Shown piece by piece: positions 53,328 through 62,642 of a stretch of 64,000 nucleotides of DNA. The position numbers and the translations under genes were made by a program. The first letter of the stretch is position 1. Every line of letters starts with the position of its first letter. Under the pieces are notes generated by a model. The model did not search any database. It had not been told where the DNA came from and worked only from the letters and a program-made list of their open reading frames with translations. This stretch comes from an uncultured Verrucomicrobiota bacterium (GTDB lineage Bacteria > Verrucomicrobiota > Kiritimatiellia > RFP12 > UBA1067), in the NCBI GenBank assembly GCA_946623785.1, contig CAMORM010000001.1, positions 1,397-65,396 on the forward strand. Direction: 5' to 3'.

Positions 53328-54047
53328 CTACTCCAGCTTTTTTTTGAGCCCCTCTAGCGGGTTGGTCTCAATGAGTTTAAGTGGTTCGTTCTTCAATATG
53401 AACTGCGGCGCCTCGATGTTGTACGTGACGGCCTGCCCGATGTTCACGGTGTTCTTCGCCTCCGATTTTTCCTGCCTCATCCTTGCACCGAACTCAGCGG
53501 CCTTGGCGATCAGCGATTCGCTGTCCTGCGTGACCATTCGGATTTCGTCCGTATCCTTGTCGACGCGGACAACGACCGGCTTCACGACGCCCTTCTCGGC
53601 CTTGGAGCGGAGAAGCTCCTGCGACCGCTCGGCCTGCCCGTCCTCGCGGATCCGCATCGCCGCAGCCCAGACGAGTCCGAACCCCTTCTTGTCGATGCTC
53701 GAGCAAGCATGCAGCCGAGTCCACGTCATCCCGGTCGCAACTTCGATGTCGTGGAACCTCTCGCCCTTTGCGACCATGGCAACGGCCCAGAGCAGATGGT
53801 CTAGGACCGGATCGAACTCAGGACGGATTCGGAACTCCTCGCCCCTTTTGAGCTGGGCCTTCGCATCGTCGGCCGCGATGAGGATGATGTCCTGCGCCGC
53901 GGCGACGAGCGACTTGTTCGGCTTGCCCTTGACCATTGTCTTCCAGTTTGCGATCCACTCGGTGAGAGTCTTCTCGTTTCCTGGATGGGCGAGGGTTCCG
54001 ACCTGGATGAGTTCGGACTTGCCCGGCGTGTTCGGCTTTCCCGGCAT
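53328..54047 (-). CDS. hypothetical protein (239 aa) with perfect AGGAGG ribosome-binding site
   Basis: internal ATG at 54047 with AGGAGG 7 nt upstream; a weak GGTGCAGGTGTAGAAT site lies upstream. Confidence 0.45.
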   Translation of the reverse strand: MPGKPNTPGKSELIQVGTLAHPGNEKTLTEWIANWKTMVKGKPNKSLVAAAQDIILIAADDAKAQLKRGEEFRIRPEFDPVLDHLLWAVAMVAKGERFHDIEVATGMTWTRLHACSSIDKKGFGLVWAAAMRIREDGQAERSQELLRSKAEKGVVKPVVVRVDKDTDEIRMVTQDSESLIAKAAEFGARMRQEKSEAKNTVNIGQAVTYNIEAPQFILKNEPLKLIETNPLEGLKKKLE

Positions 54048-54108
54048 GGTAGAACCTCCTGTATGTATGGGTTTCGCCGGAGATTCTACACCTGCACCGG
54101 AGTCTCCG

Positions 54109-54522
54109 CTACATTTTCGTTGGGATATACTTTTTCGGAGGGCTCTGCCACGTATAGACGATCCCGACAACGTCTCGCTTGGTGTCGTATCCACGGTATC
54201 GTGTATGAGGATGGTTGAACCATACGCCTCCACGGCCATCGGGAGCTTCTGGCCACAAGCCCTTCCTCTTGAGCAGTAGCGCATACTCAGACTGCGGATG
54301 CAATCCCCTCGGCTCAGGTATCGGAGGAAGCCCCTGCTTCTCTCTTTCTTCGTTGAGGTCAAGCCTTCCCATCTGCCGCATGGACTCACGATCAAACAAA
54401 GCGTAGTCATCGCTCTGAGCTGCTGGATTCCACTTGTCTAGCTTTGGGCAATAACATGTGAGCGCAAGGCAGATGAGCGGGAACACCCAGAAGAAGAATG
54501 CAAAAATCGCAAGCGCAATCAT
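54109..54522 (-). CDS. N-terminally membrane-anchored protein (137 aa)
   Basis: MIALAIFAFFFWVFPLICLALTCYC hydrophobic N-terminus. Confidence 0.4.
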   Translation of the reverse strand: MIALAIFAFFFWVFPLICLALTCYCPKLDKWNPAAQSDDYALFDRESMRQMGRLDLNEEREKQGLPPIPEPRGLHPQSEYALLLKRKGLWPEAPDGRGGVWFNHPHTRYRGYDTKRDVVGIVYTWQSPPKKYIPTKM

Positions 54523-54839
54523 TGTTTGTTCTCCTTTGCTTTCGCTTTTGATTCAGCGACCATCTTACGATTTGTAAGCAATCTGCGTTCTCCCGTGTAG
54601 AAATTACGCATGGCATGGAGAACGGCGTTGGCTTGGTCCGCCGTCAATCCATTCGCGACATGTATCGTTTCCCAAGGCTCTGGGATTGGTTTCTTTTTGC
54701 TCGTCTTTCTCATCAGCTCGACGGCTACTGCAATCCCTCCGCCTGTTTCATATGCGATTAGACGCCGTCTCAACCATTCAAGAACTCGGTCGTTCACCTT
54801 TGCGAGTGTTTCTTCGCACTCTTTCGGGATCTTTTTCAT
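54519..54839 (-). CDS. hypothetical protein (about 106 aa; start uncertain)
   Basis: MKKIPKECEETLAKVNDRVLEWLRRR. Confidence 0.35.
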   Translation of the reverse strand: MKKIPKECEETLAKVNDRVLEWLRRRLIAYETGGGIAVAVELMRKTSKKKPIPEPWETIHVANGLTADQANAVLHAMRNFYTGERRLLTNRKMVAESKAKAKENKQ

Positions 54840-54902
54840 TGTGCTCTCCTTTCGTTGGATTGAGCGCCCCATTATAGCAGGGGCGCTTCCAGATTTCAAC
54901 CA

Positions 54903-55274
54903 CTACTTGACGGCGACGATTCCTGCGGCGAGGCTCTTCGCCTTGCCGGGCTTCTTCGCCTTCGCCTTGCCGTCATCCTTCCTGTCCGGGTTGGGCAGAT
55001 GGTCCTTCACGTCGATCTGGCGCGTCTCCTCGATGCAGTAGGCGCGGAGGACGCAGGCGGCGACGGCGGCCTGCTCGGCGGTGAGGCCCTCGACGAGCTT
55101 GGCCTTGCGCCACGGGGAGCCGCCGTGCTTGCGGAGGAACTCGACGGCGATGTCGTAGGTTCCCTTCTTGGCGGCGCTGTCGGTGACGGCGATGCGCTTG
55201 TAGGCGGCGGCGAGCTCGGCGGTGTTGATCTGCTCGTTGATCTTGGCGGCGGTGTTGGTGTCGTTCTTGCTCAT
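54903..55274 (-). CDS. hypothetical protein (123 aa)
   Basis: internal ATG MSKNDTNTAAKINEQ; Lys-rich C-terminus. Confidence 0.4.
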   Translation of the reverse strand: MSKNDTNTAAKINEQINTAELAAAYKRIAVTDSAAKKGTYDIAVEFLRKHGGSPWRKAKLVEGLTAEQAAVAACVLRAYCIEETRQIDVKDHLPNPDRKDDGKAKAKKPGKAKSLAAGIVAVK

Positions 55275-55324
55275 GGTGTTGTCTCCTTGGTTGGTGTGTG
55301 TTGGTTGGTGTGTGTTTGGTTTCG

Positions 55325-55684
55325 TTAGTCTGTCAGGTTGAAGTAGTACGACACCCGCTCCTCGTCCGTCCACGAGTGGCAGAGCCCGTCCACTTCTCGC
55401 CAGAGCTTGTCGTAGAGCTTGGCGAGAGGTTTGTTCTTTGCGTAGTACGCCTCCCACAGCAGGTGGTTGAGGACGACGGACAGCTCCGCCACCTCCTTCC
55501 AGTCCCTCGTAGTGAGGTCGCCGCAGTTCTTGAAGGTGTCCTTCACGGCCTTCTCGCCATACGCCTCGGCCACCTTGAAGTCCGCGTAGAACAGGGTGGA
55601 CGGGCGGTCGGCTTCGGACGGCTCTCCGCTGAAGGACGGGAAGCGCTGAGCATCGTTCAGCGCATAGAGTTGCATCGGGTTCAT
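55325..55684 (-). CDS. hypothetical protein (119 aa)
   Basis: codon bias; Trp/Tyr-rich. Confidence 0.4.
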   Translation of the reverse strand: MNPMQLYALNDAQRFPSFSGEPSEADRPSTLFYADFKVAEAYGEKAVKDTFKNCGDLTTRDWKEVAELSVVLNHLLWEAYYAKNKPLAKLYDKLWREVDGLCHSWTDEERVSYYFNLTD

Positions 55685-55715
55685 TGTGTGTTTCTCCTGC
55701 TGTTCTGTTGTCTTA

Positions 55716-55985
55716 TTACCACATATCGTGGAATGCGATGCGGATTCGGTTTGGAGTGTTCTCTTCCACGGTAAACATGTCCCACGCAGTTCCCATGTGA
55801 AGGATGTCCTCTTGCCACGTCAACCACCCCCACTTCAGTCCGGCCCCGGTGGACGACCCTCCATAGGACGTCCACACAGGAGGATGCCTGACAAATGGAT
55901 GGTCTGCACGTTTCCATCCGCGGTCCACCCATAGCTCCTTGGACGGATTGGCCTCCAAGTCCTTGACGATTTCTTCTAGTGTCAT
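55716..55985 (-). CDS. hypothetical protein (89 aa)
   Basis: internal ATG MTLEEIVKDLEANPSKELW; Trp-rich. Confidence 0.35.
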   Translation of the reverse strand: MTLEEIVKDLEANPSKELWVDRGWKRADHPFVRHPPVWTSYGGSSTGAGLKWGWLTWQEDILHMGTAWDMFTVEENTPNRIRIAFHDMW

Positions 55986-55996
55986 TTCTATTTCCT

Positions 55997-56218
55997 TTAT
56001 CCTACGGCGATCTCGCACGCCATGATGGCGTCGGAGATGTCGGCGAAGATCGTGTGGCTCGACTTGCGGAATGCCTCGGCCAACAGGTGGCGAGCCTGCG
56101 GGTTCTCCACGTTCATCAGAGAGAGCCAGAGGTACTCGCTGATTGCGTTCTCCGCCGTGCTCATGGCTCGGCGTATGCGGCCGAGTTCGGACTGCGTGAT
56201 CTTTGGTTTCGTGTTCAT
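55997..56218 (-). CDS. hypothetical protein (73 aa)
   Basis: compact ORF with codon bias. Confidence 0.35.
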   Translation of the reverse strand: MNTKPKITQSELGRIRRAMSTAENAISEYLWLSLMNVENPQARHLLAEAFRKSSHTIFADISDAIMACEIAVG

Positions 56219-56227
56219 TGTGTCCTC

Positions 56228-56572
56228 CTAGAAAACGAGGTCGATGTCCTTCTGGATCTCGGCCAGCTTCGCAAGCGCCTCGTCGACCAGCTGCTGCCGG
56301 TCGAAGATGACGGAGGCGTAGGACTTGAACGCCTCGTCCAGCCGGGAGAGAAGGGCCTCGCCCTTCTTGCGCTTGATGTAGCCCTTGACGATGTTGTCCT
56401 TGAGCAGCACGACGGTCGCCGCATAGCGGAGGCCGACGCACTTGTCCCAGCAGAACGGCTGGTCCTTGTCCTTGCTGCGCTCGTGGTAGGCGTAAGCCCG
56501 CAGGTGCAGGGATGACATCCAGACGATGCTGTCGTTGAGTTCCTTCAGGAACGTGCTTGGGATCTTAGCCAT
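56228..56572 (-). CDS. hypothetical protein (114 aa)
   Basis: compact ORF with codon bias. Confidence 0.4.
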   Translation of the reverse strand: MAKIPSTFLKELNDSIVWMSSLHLRAYAYHERSKDKDQPFCWDKCVGLRYAATVVLLKDNIVKGYIKRKKGEALLSRLDEAFKSYASVIFDRQQLVDEALAKLAEIQKDIDLVF

Positions 56573-56771
56573 TGTGCATTCCTTTCTGTTTGTATGGTTC
56601 GTATTTCTCGCATCGGTCTGCGTCCGGGTTCACCTCGTTTCCGGTGAGGACGCAGACCGGAGTTCTGTCGTTGTAGTCGTATGGCCGTCCGTTCGAACCG
56701 AACCGGATTGCGAAGCGGAGGCAGTCGTGGCACGAGTTGTTCATGGCTAGTAGAGCGATGCTGTGTTCCAC
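56565..56771 (-). CDS. small Cys-rich protein (68 aa)
   Basis: CHDC...C...C. Confidence 0.3.
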   Translation of the reverse strand: MEHSIALLAMNNSCHDCLRFAIRFGSNGRPYDYNDRTPVCVLTGNEVNPDADRCEKYEPYKQKGMHNG

Positions 56772-57421
56772 CGCAGTTTCTCGTGGTCGAGGAACATGCT
56801 ACTGCAACTTCCGTCAAGCGGCTTGCAGTCCGCATATCCCTCCGGCCTCCACGAGTGGCATTCGAGGATGCAGCCCTTGACGTAGTACGCGTTCTTTGTC
56901 ACAAGCTTACCTGCGATATAGTTCGTCCACTCGGCGTCGAAGGAGTGCTTGGCGACGAGGTACTGCACCGTGCTCGTCTCGCGTGGGTCGTATGTCGGCA
57001 GGGACAGCGAGCTGTAAAGGTAGAACAGCGCGTTGCCTTTCGCCTTCATCGCCATCTGCGCCTCGAAGTCGAGCCAGTTCCCGCCCTTGTAGGGAGGGAG
57101 GTTGCCGTACTTCTTGGCCTTCTGCTGGGACGGCGAGAAGAACATCCGGCAGATGTCCTCGTCGTTCGTCAGCCCGCACCCGCCCCAAGTGTACATGTGC
57201 CAGTTGTCCGCTCCGCCGAGCAGGTCTTTCTCCACGGGGTAGTGGTCGGTGCAGGTACGGTCGGCCTGCTCTTCGAGGAGGTCGGAGGCGTAGTGGTAGA
57301 TACCACGTTCCTGCGCGTTCTTCCTCCCGGTGGACTCTGCCACGCGGAGCCGGTAGGCGGCGTCATTGCAGATGTCCTTGATTCGTTCGCTGATCGGTTG
57401 CGGATGAACTTCGTTGTTCAT
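56747..57421 (-). CDS. hypothetical enzyme-like protein (224 aa)
   Basis: Cys/His/Trp/Tyr-rich globular sequence; no motif recognised. Confidence 0.4.
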   Translation of the reverse strand: MNNEVHPQPISERIKDICNDAAYRLRVAESTGRKNAQERGIYHYASDLLEEQADRTCTDHYPVEKDLLGGADNWHMYTWGGCGLTNDEDICRMFFSPSQQKAKKYGNLPPYKGGNWLDFEAQMAMKAKGNALFYLYSSLSLPTYDPRETSTVQYLVAKHSFDAEWTNYIAGKLVTKNAYYVKGCILECHSWRPEGYADCKPLDGSCSSMFLDHEKLRWNTASLY

Positions 57422-57434
57422 TGTGCCGTCTCCT

Positions 57435-57620
57435 TTAGTACTCGACTGATTCGTTGCCTTTGACTATCCTGAACAGATGGATCAAACAAGTGTCCCTCTG
57501 TCCGGTCAGTTCGGAAACCTTGTAGAACGCTTCACCTCTGGACATGGCATACACATCCTTCTGGATTGTGCCTTCTTTCGTCTGGACGTAAAAGCACCAC
57601 AGCGTTGGAACTTCCTGCAT
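57435..57620 (-). CDS. small protein (61 aa)
   Basis: internal ATG MQEVPTLWCFYVQTKEG. Confidence 0.3.
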   Translation of the reverse strand: MQEVPTLWCFYVQTKEGTIQKDVYAMSRGEAFYKVSELTGQRDTCLIHLFRIVKGNESVEY

Positions 57621-57633
57621 ATTCGGTTCCTCC

Positions 57634-57849
57634 TTACGGGACGGTCTTGATGTGTCCATCGCTTTCCTCGATTTCGATTTCCGAATGCCTGTCCTCGTGG
57701 ACCACGCCGTCCGGCCACCCGCCCTTTCGGATGGTTGCGTACAGCTTGTCGATGAGCATGTCGTTCTGCTCGGACTCGCTCTTGCCCTTCAGTTCCTCGT
57801 CTGGAATCTCCACTTCGTAGAGATAGCTGACCCACTTCGTTGCTTTCAC
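57634..57849 (-). CDS. small acidic protein (71 aa)
   Basis: codon bias. Confidence 0.35.
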   Translation of the reverse strand: MKATKWVSYLYEVEIPDEELKGKSESEQNDMLIDKLYATIRKGGWPDGVVHEDRHSEIEIEESDGHIKTVP

Positions 57850-58094
57850 TGTGCATTCTCCTTCGGTTCGAATTTGCAGAACCTGTCCGGGTGTTCGCAG
57901 GACAGGCAGTTGATATGGATGGTGTAGAACCCGTCACTCGGGTGCAGTTTGCAGAAGTGGCTTGCAACGACGTCGCCGGAGAAGGCACGCCACCAGTTGA
58001 ACGAGCCGTGCTTGCAGTCCACGCAGAGCCGCTTGCCTTCCGCTCGAAGTTTGTCCTGTTTTTCTTTGAGGTCCATTGTGTATTCTCCTTTCAT
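57846..58094 (-). CDS. zinc-finger protein (82 aa)
   Basis: CVDCKHG...CLSCEHPDRFC; ATGA overlap with the upstream PcfJ-like gene. Confidence 0.4.
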   Translation of the reverse strand: MKGEYTMDLKEKQDKLRAEGKRLCVDCKHGSFNWWRAFSGDVVASHFCKLHPSDGFYTIHINCLSCEHPDRFCKFEPKENAQ

Positions 58095-59494
58095 TAGGCC
58101 GCCCGTTTCTTGGCGGCGTAGTGTTTCTTGAGCGCGGCGGCGATCTTCTCCGCAATCTTTCGTGCGGCGTCGCTCGCCTTGCTGTTGTTCTTGGTGTAGC
58201 ACTGCTTCACCTTCCAGTTGCCGTCGATCTCCACGTCGACCCGCTCGCCTTCCGAGGCGAGGACAAGGCAGACGCATTCGCGCCTGCTCATGGAGAGCGA
58301 GTAGCCTCCACCGCCGATGCAGTTGTGCATGCTGGACCCCTCCTTGCGGAACTCGTCCTGCTTGGTGAGCCAGAGAATCTTGTAGTCTCCGGTCTTCACC
58401 CGCTTCAGCTTCTCCTTCAGTTCGTCGATGAACTGAGCGATCATGCTGTCGCGCTCGGCGAGTTCCTTCTTGCGGCGGAGCTCGTCCTCCCTGCGCTTGG
58501 CTTCGATGCGCTTCGCCTCCTCCGTCTTGCGCTCGTAGTAATAGACTTCGAACGTCGTCGGGAAGGCGTTGCACCTGGCGTGCAGGTCAAGGCCCTCCTC
58601 CCTTGCGAGGTGCTGCGCCTCGGCGTATCTGCCACGGTCGATCCGCATGCGTTCGCAGTACTTCATGGCCTCCTCCCGGTCGATGCAGGACGCGAGACGG
58701 CATCCGTATCCATACCAGTAGCTGGCGATCTCGTCGCGCTTCCACGCCCGCTCCCTTGCCTGCTCGATCGTCCGCTTGGATGATGCGGCGAGCCACTTGA
58801 TGTCGCACCACGCAAGTCGCATCACGGGGCTGTTCTCCATCATCGCCTTCATCACGAAGCGGCGGAGCTGGTGGTTGCGATCGAGGTCGCGCATCTTCGT
58901 CTTGCCGTACAGCTTGTAGAAGTAGTACGACCCGGCCTTGACGAGCGACTCCGCCTTCGGGTTCTGGTGGTAGGCGGCAAGCGCCGCCTCCAGCGAAACG
59001 GTGCAGCCCTGCGACCACCCGCAATATTTGTATCTCGTCTCAGCCAGAACCTCGGGGTTCACCACGGAAATATAGTTCCACGGGCCGCGGTCCTTGATGG
59101 GGTTCCACTTCCACACGAGGTCGGGCTCGTCGCTGCACCAGCAGATGTGCTGGTAGTAGCCGGAGCAGGTGTACGGCCTTTGCCCGGTCTCCTTGTAGTA
59201 GGCGTCGTTCTTTTCGATGTCCCACTGCACGGGCCATCCGGCCATCGGCCCCTTGTACGTCATGTCGCGGAAGAAGAACCGGTCGTCCTCCGGCCTCCAT
59301 TGCGCGACCACCTTCGCTCCGTCCTTCGGTCGGCGCGTTGCGACGAGCAGCATCTGCACGCCGCCGTTCCTCGTCTTGTGAAGGACGACGAAGCGGTGCG
59401 TCTGCTTGCTCGTCTTCGGCAGGCCGTACTCCTTGCGTAGCAAATGAGATCGGAGCAGGACCAAATCCCGCTCCGCCTTGGTTAGTCTCTGCAT
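58094..59494 (-). CDS. PcfJ-like protein (466 aa)
   Basis: size and C-terminal GSSMHNCIGGGGY motif recalled from the PcfJ family; adjacent PcfK-like gene; not verified. Confidence 0.4.
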   Translation of the reverse strand: MQRLTKAERDLVLLRSHLLRKEYGLPKTSKQTHRFVVLHKTRNGGVQMLLVATRRPKDGAKVVAQWRPEDDRFFFRDMTYKGPMAGWPVQWDIEKNDAYYKETGQRPYTCSGYYQHICWCSDEPDLVWKWNPIKDRGPWNYISVVNPEVLAETRYKYCGWSQGCTVSLEAALAAYHQNPKAESLVKAGSYYFYKLYGKTKMRDLDRNHQLRRFVMKAMMENSPVMRLAWCDIKWLAASSKRTIEQARERAWKRDEIASYWYGYGCRLASCIDREEAMKYCERMRIDRGRYAEAQHLAREEGLDLHARCNAFPTTFEVYYYERKTEEAKRIEAKRREDELRRKKELAERDSMIAQFIDELKEKLKRVKTGDYKILWLTKQDEFRKEGSSMHNCIGGGGYSLSMSRRECVCLVLASEGERVDVEIDGNWKVKQCYTKNNSKASDAARKIAEKIAAALKKHYAAKKRAA

Positions 59495-59506
59495 GGTCTA
59501 TCCTCC

Positions 59507-60046
59507 CTAGACGCCGATGCCGAACTCCTTGAGCCAGTCCATCTGCTCGGGCTCCTTGCGCTCTTCGGGAGCGGGCGGAGCCTCGGGCTCCGGCTCCGGC
59601 TCGGGCTCGGGATCGGCGGGCTTCTCCTCAGCCACGGCGATGCCGCAGTCTGCGAGGAGTTCGTCCACCGTGGACGAAACCTTGGCCTCGTCCACGGGGA
59701 CCGACGCCACGGCGACCTTCGTCCTCCGTCCCTTCGCCTTGACCGGGGCAGCGGCGGACGGAGCGGCCTTGACCTCGGCGACCGGAGCCTTCTTCTCGAA
59801 GTCCAGGCTATCCTCCTCGAAGTAGTGGATGGCCTGCCCGAATACCACCTCGTCCGGCGCGCCTGCCACACCGCCCTTCGGCTTCAGCTCCTTCCTCGCC
59901 CAGTCGGAGAGGTAGGAGAGGCAGCCGGAGAGAGTCTTCTTCCCTGCGTTGATGCGCTCGACGAGGGAGTCGGACGCGTTCTCTTCGAGGTAGGCGAGGA
60001 TGTATTCCTGCGTCTTGTCCTCGGCTTTGATGTTGAGTCTGCTCAT
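59507..60046 (-). CDS. PcfK-like protein (179 aa) with acidic PEPEPEPE tail
   Basis: partnering with PcfJ-like; Ala/Pro/Glu-rich C-terminus. Confidence 0.3.
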   Translation of the reverse strand: MSRLNIKAEDKTQEYILAYLEENASDSLVERINAGKKTLSGCLSYLSDWARKELKPKGGVAGAPDEVVFGQAIHYFEEDSLDFEKKAPVAEVKAAPSAAAPVKAKGRRTKVAVASVPVDEAKVSSTVDELLADCGIAVAEEKPADPEPEPEPEPEAPPAPEERKEPEQMDWLKEFGIGV

Positions 60047-60064
60047 TGTGTATTTCCTTTCTTC

Positions 60065-60508
60065 TTACATCTGCCGATCTTCGATGAGGCGACGAAAACG
60101 TTCGTCAGTCCGCTCGTCGCTCTCTTCAATGTCGAGCGAATTCGTCTCGTGGTTCCACTTCCATTTCGTCTTGCCACCGCCGTTGCATTCGATCCAGTCC
60201 CAGACCGTGATGGTGCAGTCCTTGAACAGTTCGGCGAGTTTCTCGTACACGTCGAACGGAGCGCCCCACCTCGTCTCGTAGTAGATGCAGTAGCATCCCG
60301 GCTTGTCGATGACCGGAGCGGAGAAGCCATGCGCCCACTGATTGCCGACATCCTCGCCCTTCGCCTTGTCGAGATCCATAAGAGCGGGACCGGTCTCGCC
60401 GTTCCAGTAGACGACCTTCTTGCGTTTATTGGTGATGCGCTTTTTGAGTGCGTTGACGGACTCGGCTGGTCCGGTCACCTTGAATCGGTTCGTGCAGATG
60501 TTAGCCAT
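60065..60508 (-). CDS. hypothetical protein (147 aa)
   Basis: codon bias; Trp/Cys-containing globular sequence. Confidence 0.4.
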   Translation of the reverse strand: MANICTNRFKVTGPAESVNALKKRITNKRKKVVYWNGETGPALMDLDKAKGEDVGNQWAHGFSAPVIDKPGCYCIYYETRWGAPFDVYEKLAELFKDCTITVWDWIECNGGGKTKWKWNHETNSLDIEESDERTDERFRRLIEDRQM

Positions 60509-60529
60509 TGTGCATTTCTCCTTGTTTGT

Positions 60530-60757
60530 TTACTTGTGCCTGCCGTTGTTCTTCTTGATCTGCCCGAGCTGGATGTAGTCCAGCGGGGCGCAGAACTTCC
60601 TCCCGGTCGCATCGACGCCCGTGATGGCGGTGGACGTGATGTCCTCCACCTTGTCGGGCCTCTCGCAGATCACGGAGAATCCGTTCTGCAGGAACCATGT
60701 TATAGTCTCCCCAGGCTTGCACCGGGAGAGAAACTCCTTCGCGTCGCTCTTCGTCAT
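60530..60757 (-). CDS. small protein (75 aa)
   Basis: internal ATG MTKSDAKEFLSRCKPGE. Confidence 0.3.
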   Translation of the reverse strand: MTKSDAKEFLSRCKPGETITWFLQNGFSVICERPDKVEDITSTAITGVDATGRKFCAPLDYIQLGQIKKNNGRHK

Positions 60758-61584
60758 TACTTGTAGTCCTCCATGTCGGTTGCCGGAATGTCCTCGCCAC
60801 AATGGCCGATGACCTCCTTGACCTTCTCCACGAACGTAGATAGTTCGTTGAAGCCCTTCTCGTATGCCTTGGCGTCCTCCATGTCGGTGAGGGTGTCTTC
60901 CAGATCCGAAGCGTCGGTGATGCCATGGTCGCCAAGCACGTTGTCGAACTGGTCCTTCTCCTCCAACGTGGAGTCGAGGTCGTCCGGCTCGACCATGTGA
61001 TTGTCGCACGCCTCCTTGTAGGTCTTGTAATCGTCGAACAGATCCGACAAGTCCTTCTTCCAGTCTGCGCTGGAGAAGTCGATCTCGTCGGTGTGCTCCT
61101 CGATGATGTCGCGGATGTCCTTCGCCGTCTGCAAATCCTTGCGGAGAGCCTCGACATCGTGCGGGATGTCGAACTCCTCGTGGATGGCGTCCATCTCTTC
61201 CTTGAAGTCCTTCAAGGTCTGGTAGTCGGCGGGCGGCTCGGACTTCTCGCCAGAATCCTTGACTAAATCCGGCAGACAATACAGGCCAACACCAGCGCTC
61301 TTTGCGGATGAGACGAGTTTCTCAACCCACTCCTTAACCTCGTTCCACTCCACGCCTGACGATCCGTCAAATGACGTTACGATTGCGTCCAGCATGCAAG
61401 GAACGTATCCGAACGCATCGGTCATGGCAGCATTCTCATTGCGGAGCCTCTCGTTCTCATCGAGCAGTTCACGGCACGTCTGAATGACAGACTCGCCGCT
61501 TGCGAGGAACTGCTTGAAGGACTCTGGAATGTTGGTATCTGTGTTCATCTGGGTGTCTCCGTTGTTTATTGTGTTGCTGTCCAT
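60757..61584 (-). CDS. strongly acidic protein (275 aa); candidate DNA mimic/anti-restriction
   Basis: Asp/Glu-rich throughout (DLEDTLTDMEDAKAYE...); N-terminal coiled coil similar to the next gene. Confidence 0.4.
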   Translation of the reverse strand: MDSNTINNGDTQMNTDTNIPESFKQFLASGESVIQTCRELLDENERLRNENAAMTDAFGYVPCMLDAIVTSFDGSSGVEWNEVKEWVEKLVSSAKSAGVGLYCLPDLVKDSGEKSEPPADYQTLKDFKEEMDAIHEEFDIPHDVEALRKDLQTAKDIRDIIEEHTDEIDFSSADWKKDLSDLFDDYKTYKEACDNHMVEPDDLDSTLEEKDQFDNVLGDHGITDASDLEDTLTDMEDAKAYEKGFNELSTFVEKVKEVIGHCGEDIPATDMEDYK

Positions 61585-61596
61585 TGTTTATTCCTC

Positions 61597-62316
61597 CTAG
61601 ATGAAGATGTTGATTCGCATGTTCTCAAGGGTGAGCGTACCGTTCAAAAGAGTCGGCGTCGCTTCGAAGCCGATATGCTTCACGCCTCTGTTAAGCAGCG
61701 GCTCGTTGACGCTGCACACCCACTTCTTGATGAGGGCAGGACCGCTCGGGCTGTACACGAACCAGTCGTCCATGCAGACGGAGACCTTGCAATCAACCGT
61801 CTCCAGCACAGAGCGGAGCGTCGCACCGCAGGAGTTGTTGAGTTTGTTCCATTTCTCCGGGAACTCCTCGATGAAGTCGGCGTCGGTGATGGACTCGCCG
61901 ATGTCGGACAGGGCTCCGGCCCACGCATCGTACTCGCCGCACACCTGGCGCAGCTTGCCGATGCTCGAATCTTCGAAGCGGTCCTCAAGTTCCTTCTTGA
62001 ACTCGTTGAGTTCAGCAAGGGCGGGCTGGTTTCGCAGTCTTGTCACTTCGTCGTACAGCTCGTGGTTCCTGCGAACGAGCTGTTCGCACTCCTCGTTGAG
62101 CCGCTTGTTCTCCTCAAGCAGTTCCTTTCCGTTCTCAGCAGCATTGGCGGAGGAAACGAGCAGGGTGTCGAATGTGTCCTGCATCTTCTTGTCCGTGTCG
62201 CAGTCGCGCTTAAGTTCGTCCATTGGAATCTCCTTCATTGTTGAACCCACGTTGATGACCGTGGCCGGGTCGGGGTTGGCTTCGCAGCCGGGGATGATGC
62301 TCTGTGTCATTTTCAC
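61597..62316 (-). CDS. hypothetical protein (239 aa), N-terminal coiled coil paralogous to 60757-61584
   Basis: ELLEENKRLNEE versus ELLDENERLRNE. Confidence 0.4.
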   Translation of the reverse strand: MKMTQSIIPGCEANPDPATVINVGSTMKEIPMDELKRDCDTDKKMQDTFDTLLVSSANAAENGKELLEENKRLNEECEQLVRRNHELYDEVTRLRNQPALAELNEFKKELEDRFEDSSIGKLRQVCGEYDAWAGALSDIGESITDADFIEEFPEKWNKLNNSCGATLRSVLETVDCKVSVCMDDWFVYSPSGPALIKKWVCSVNEPLLNRGVKHIGFEATPTLLNGTLTLENMRINIFI

Positions 62317-62642
62317 GCGCTCCTTTTGTTGCTGTATGCAAATCCTCCGGGGATTCGCGGGTTTGGTTTGATTGTCACGACTTTGAGGTTCTTGTAGCCG
62401 ACGAGGTTCCGCAGTTCACGGAGCAGCGGCAGGTATTCCTTGCGCGTTGCCGGACGGCAGTTCCTCGCATACCAGTTGGCGCAAGGGCCGTGCTGTCCGA
62501 CGTGTGCATAGGAAGCGTGGTGCCGTGTGTTGCTATCGTCCTTGTAATCGTCCCAGAACAGCGTCGGGAAGTAGGCGAACACGCCCCCTCCGTAATCGAC
62601 GTGGAACCGGACGGGAAGTTTGGCGCTACGCTTTCGCTTCAT
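62313..62642 (-). CDS. hypothetical basic protein (109 aa)
   Basis: internal ATG MKRKRSAKLPVRFHVDYGGG. Confidence 0.35.
   Translation of the reverse strand: MKRKRSAKLPVRFHVDYGGGVFAYFPTLFWDDYKDDSNTRHHASYAHVGQHGPCANWYARNCRPATRKEYLPLLRELRNLVGYKNLKVVTIKPNPRIPGGFAYSNKRSA

Noticed and set aside
53328-54047. Small terminase subunit
   Set aside because: The gene is on the opposite strand, in the early region, and more than 50 kb from the large terminase. There is no recognisable TerS motif. It is kept as hypothetical
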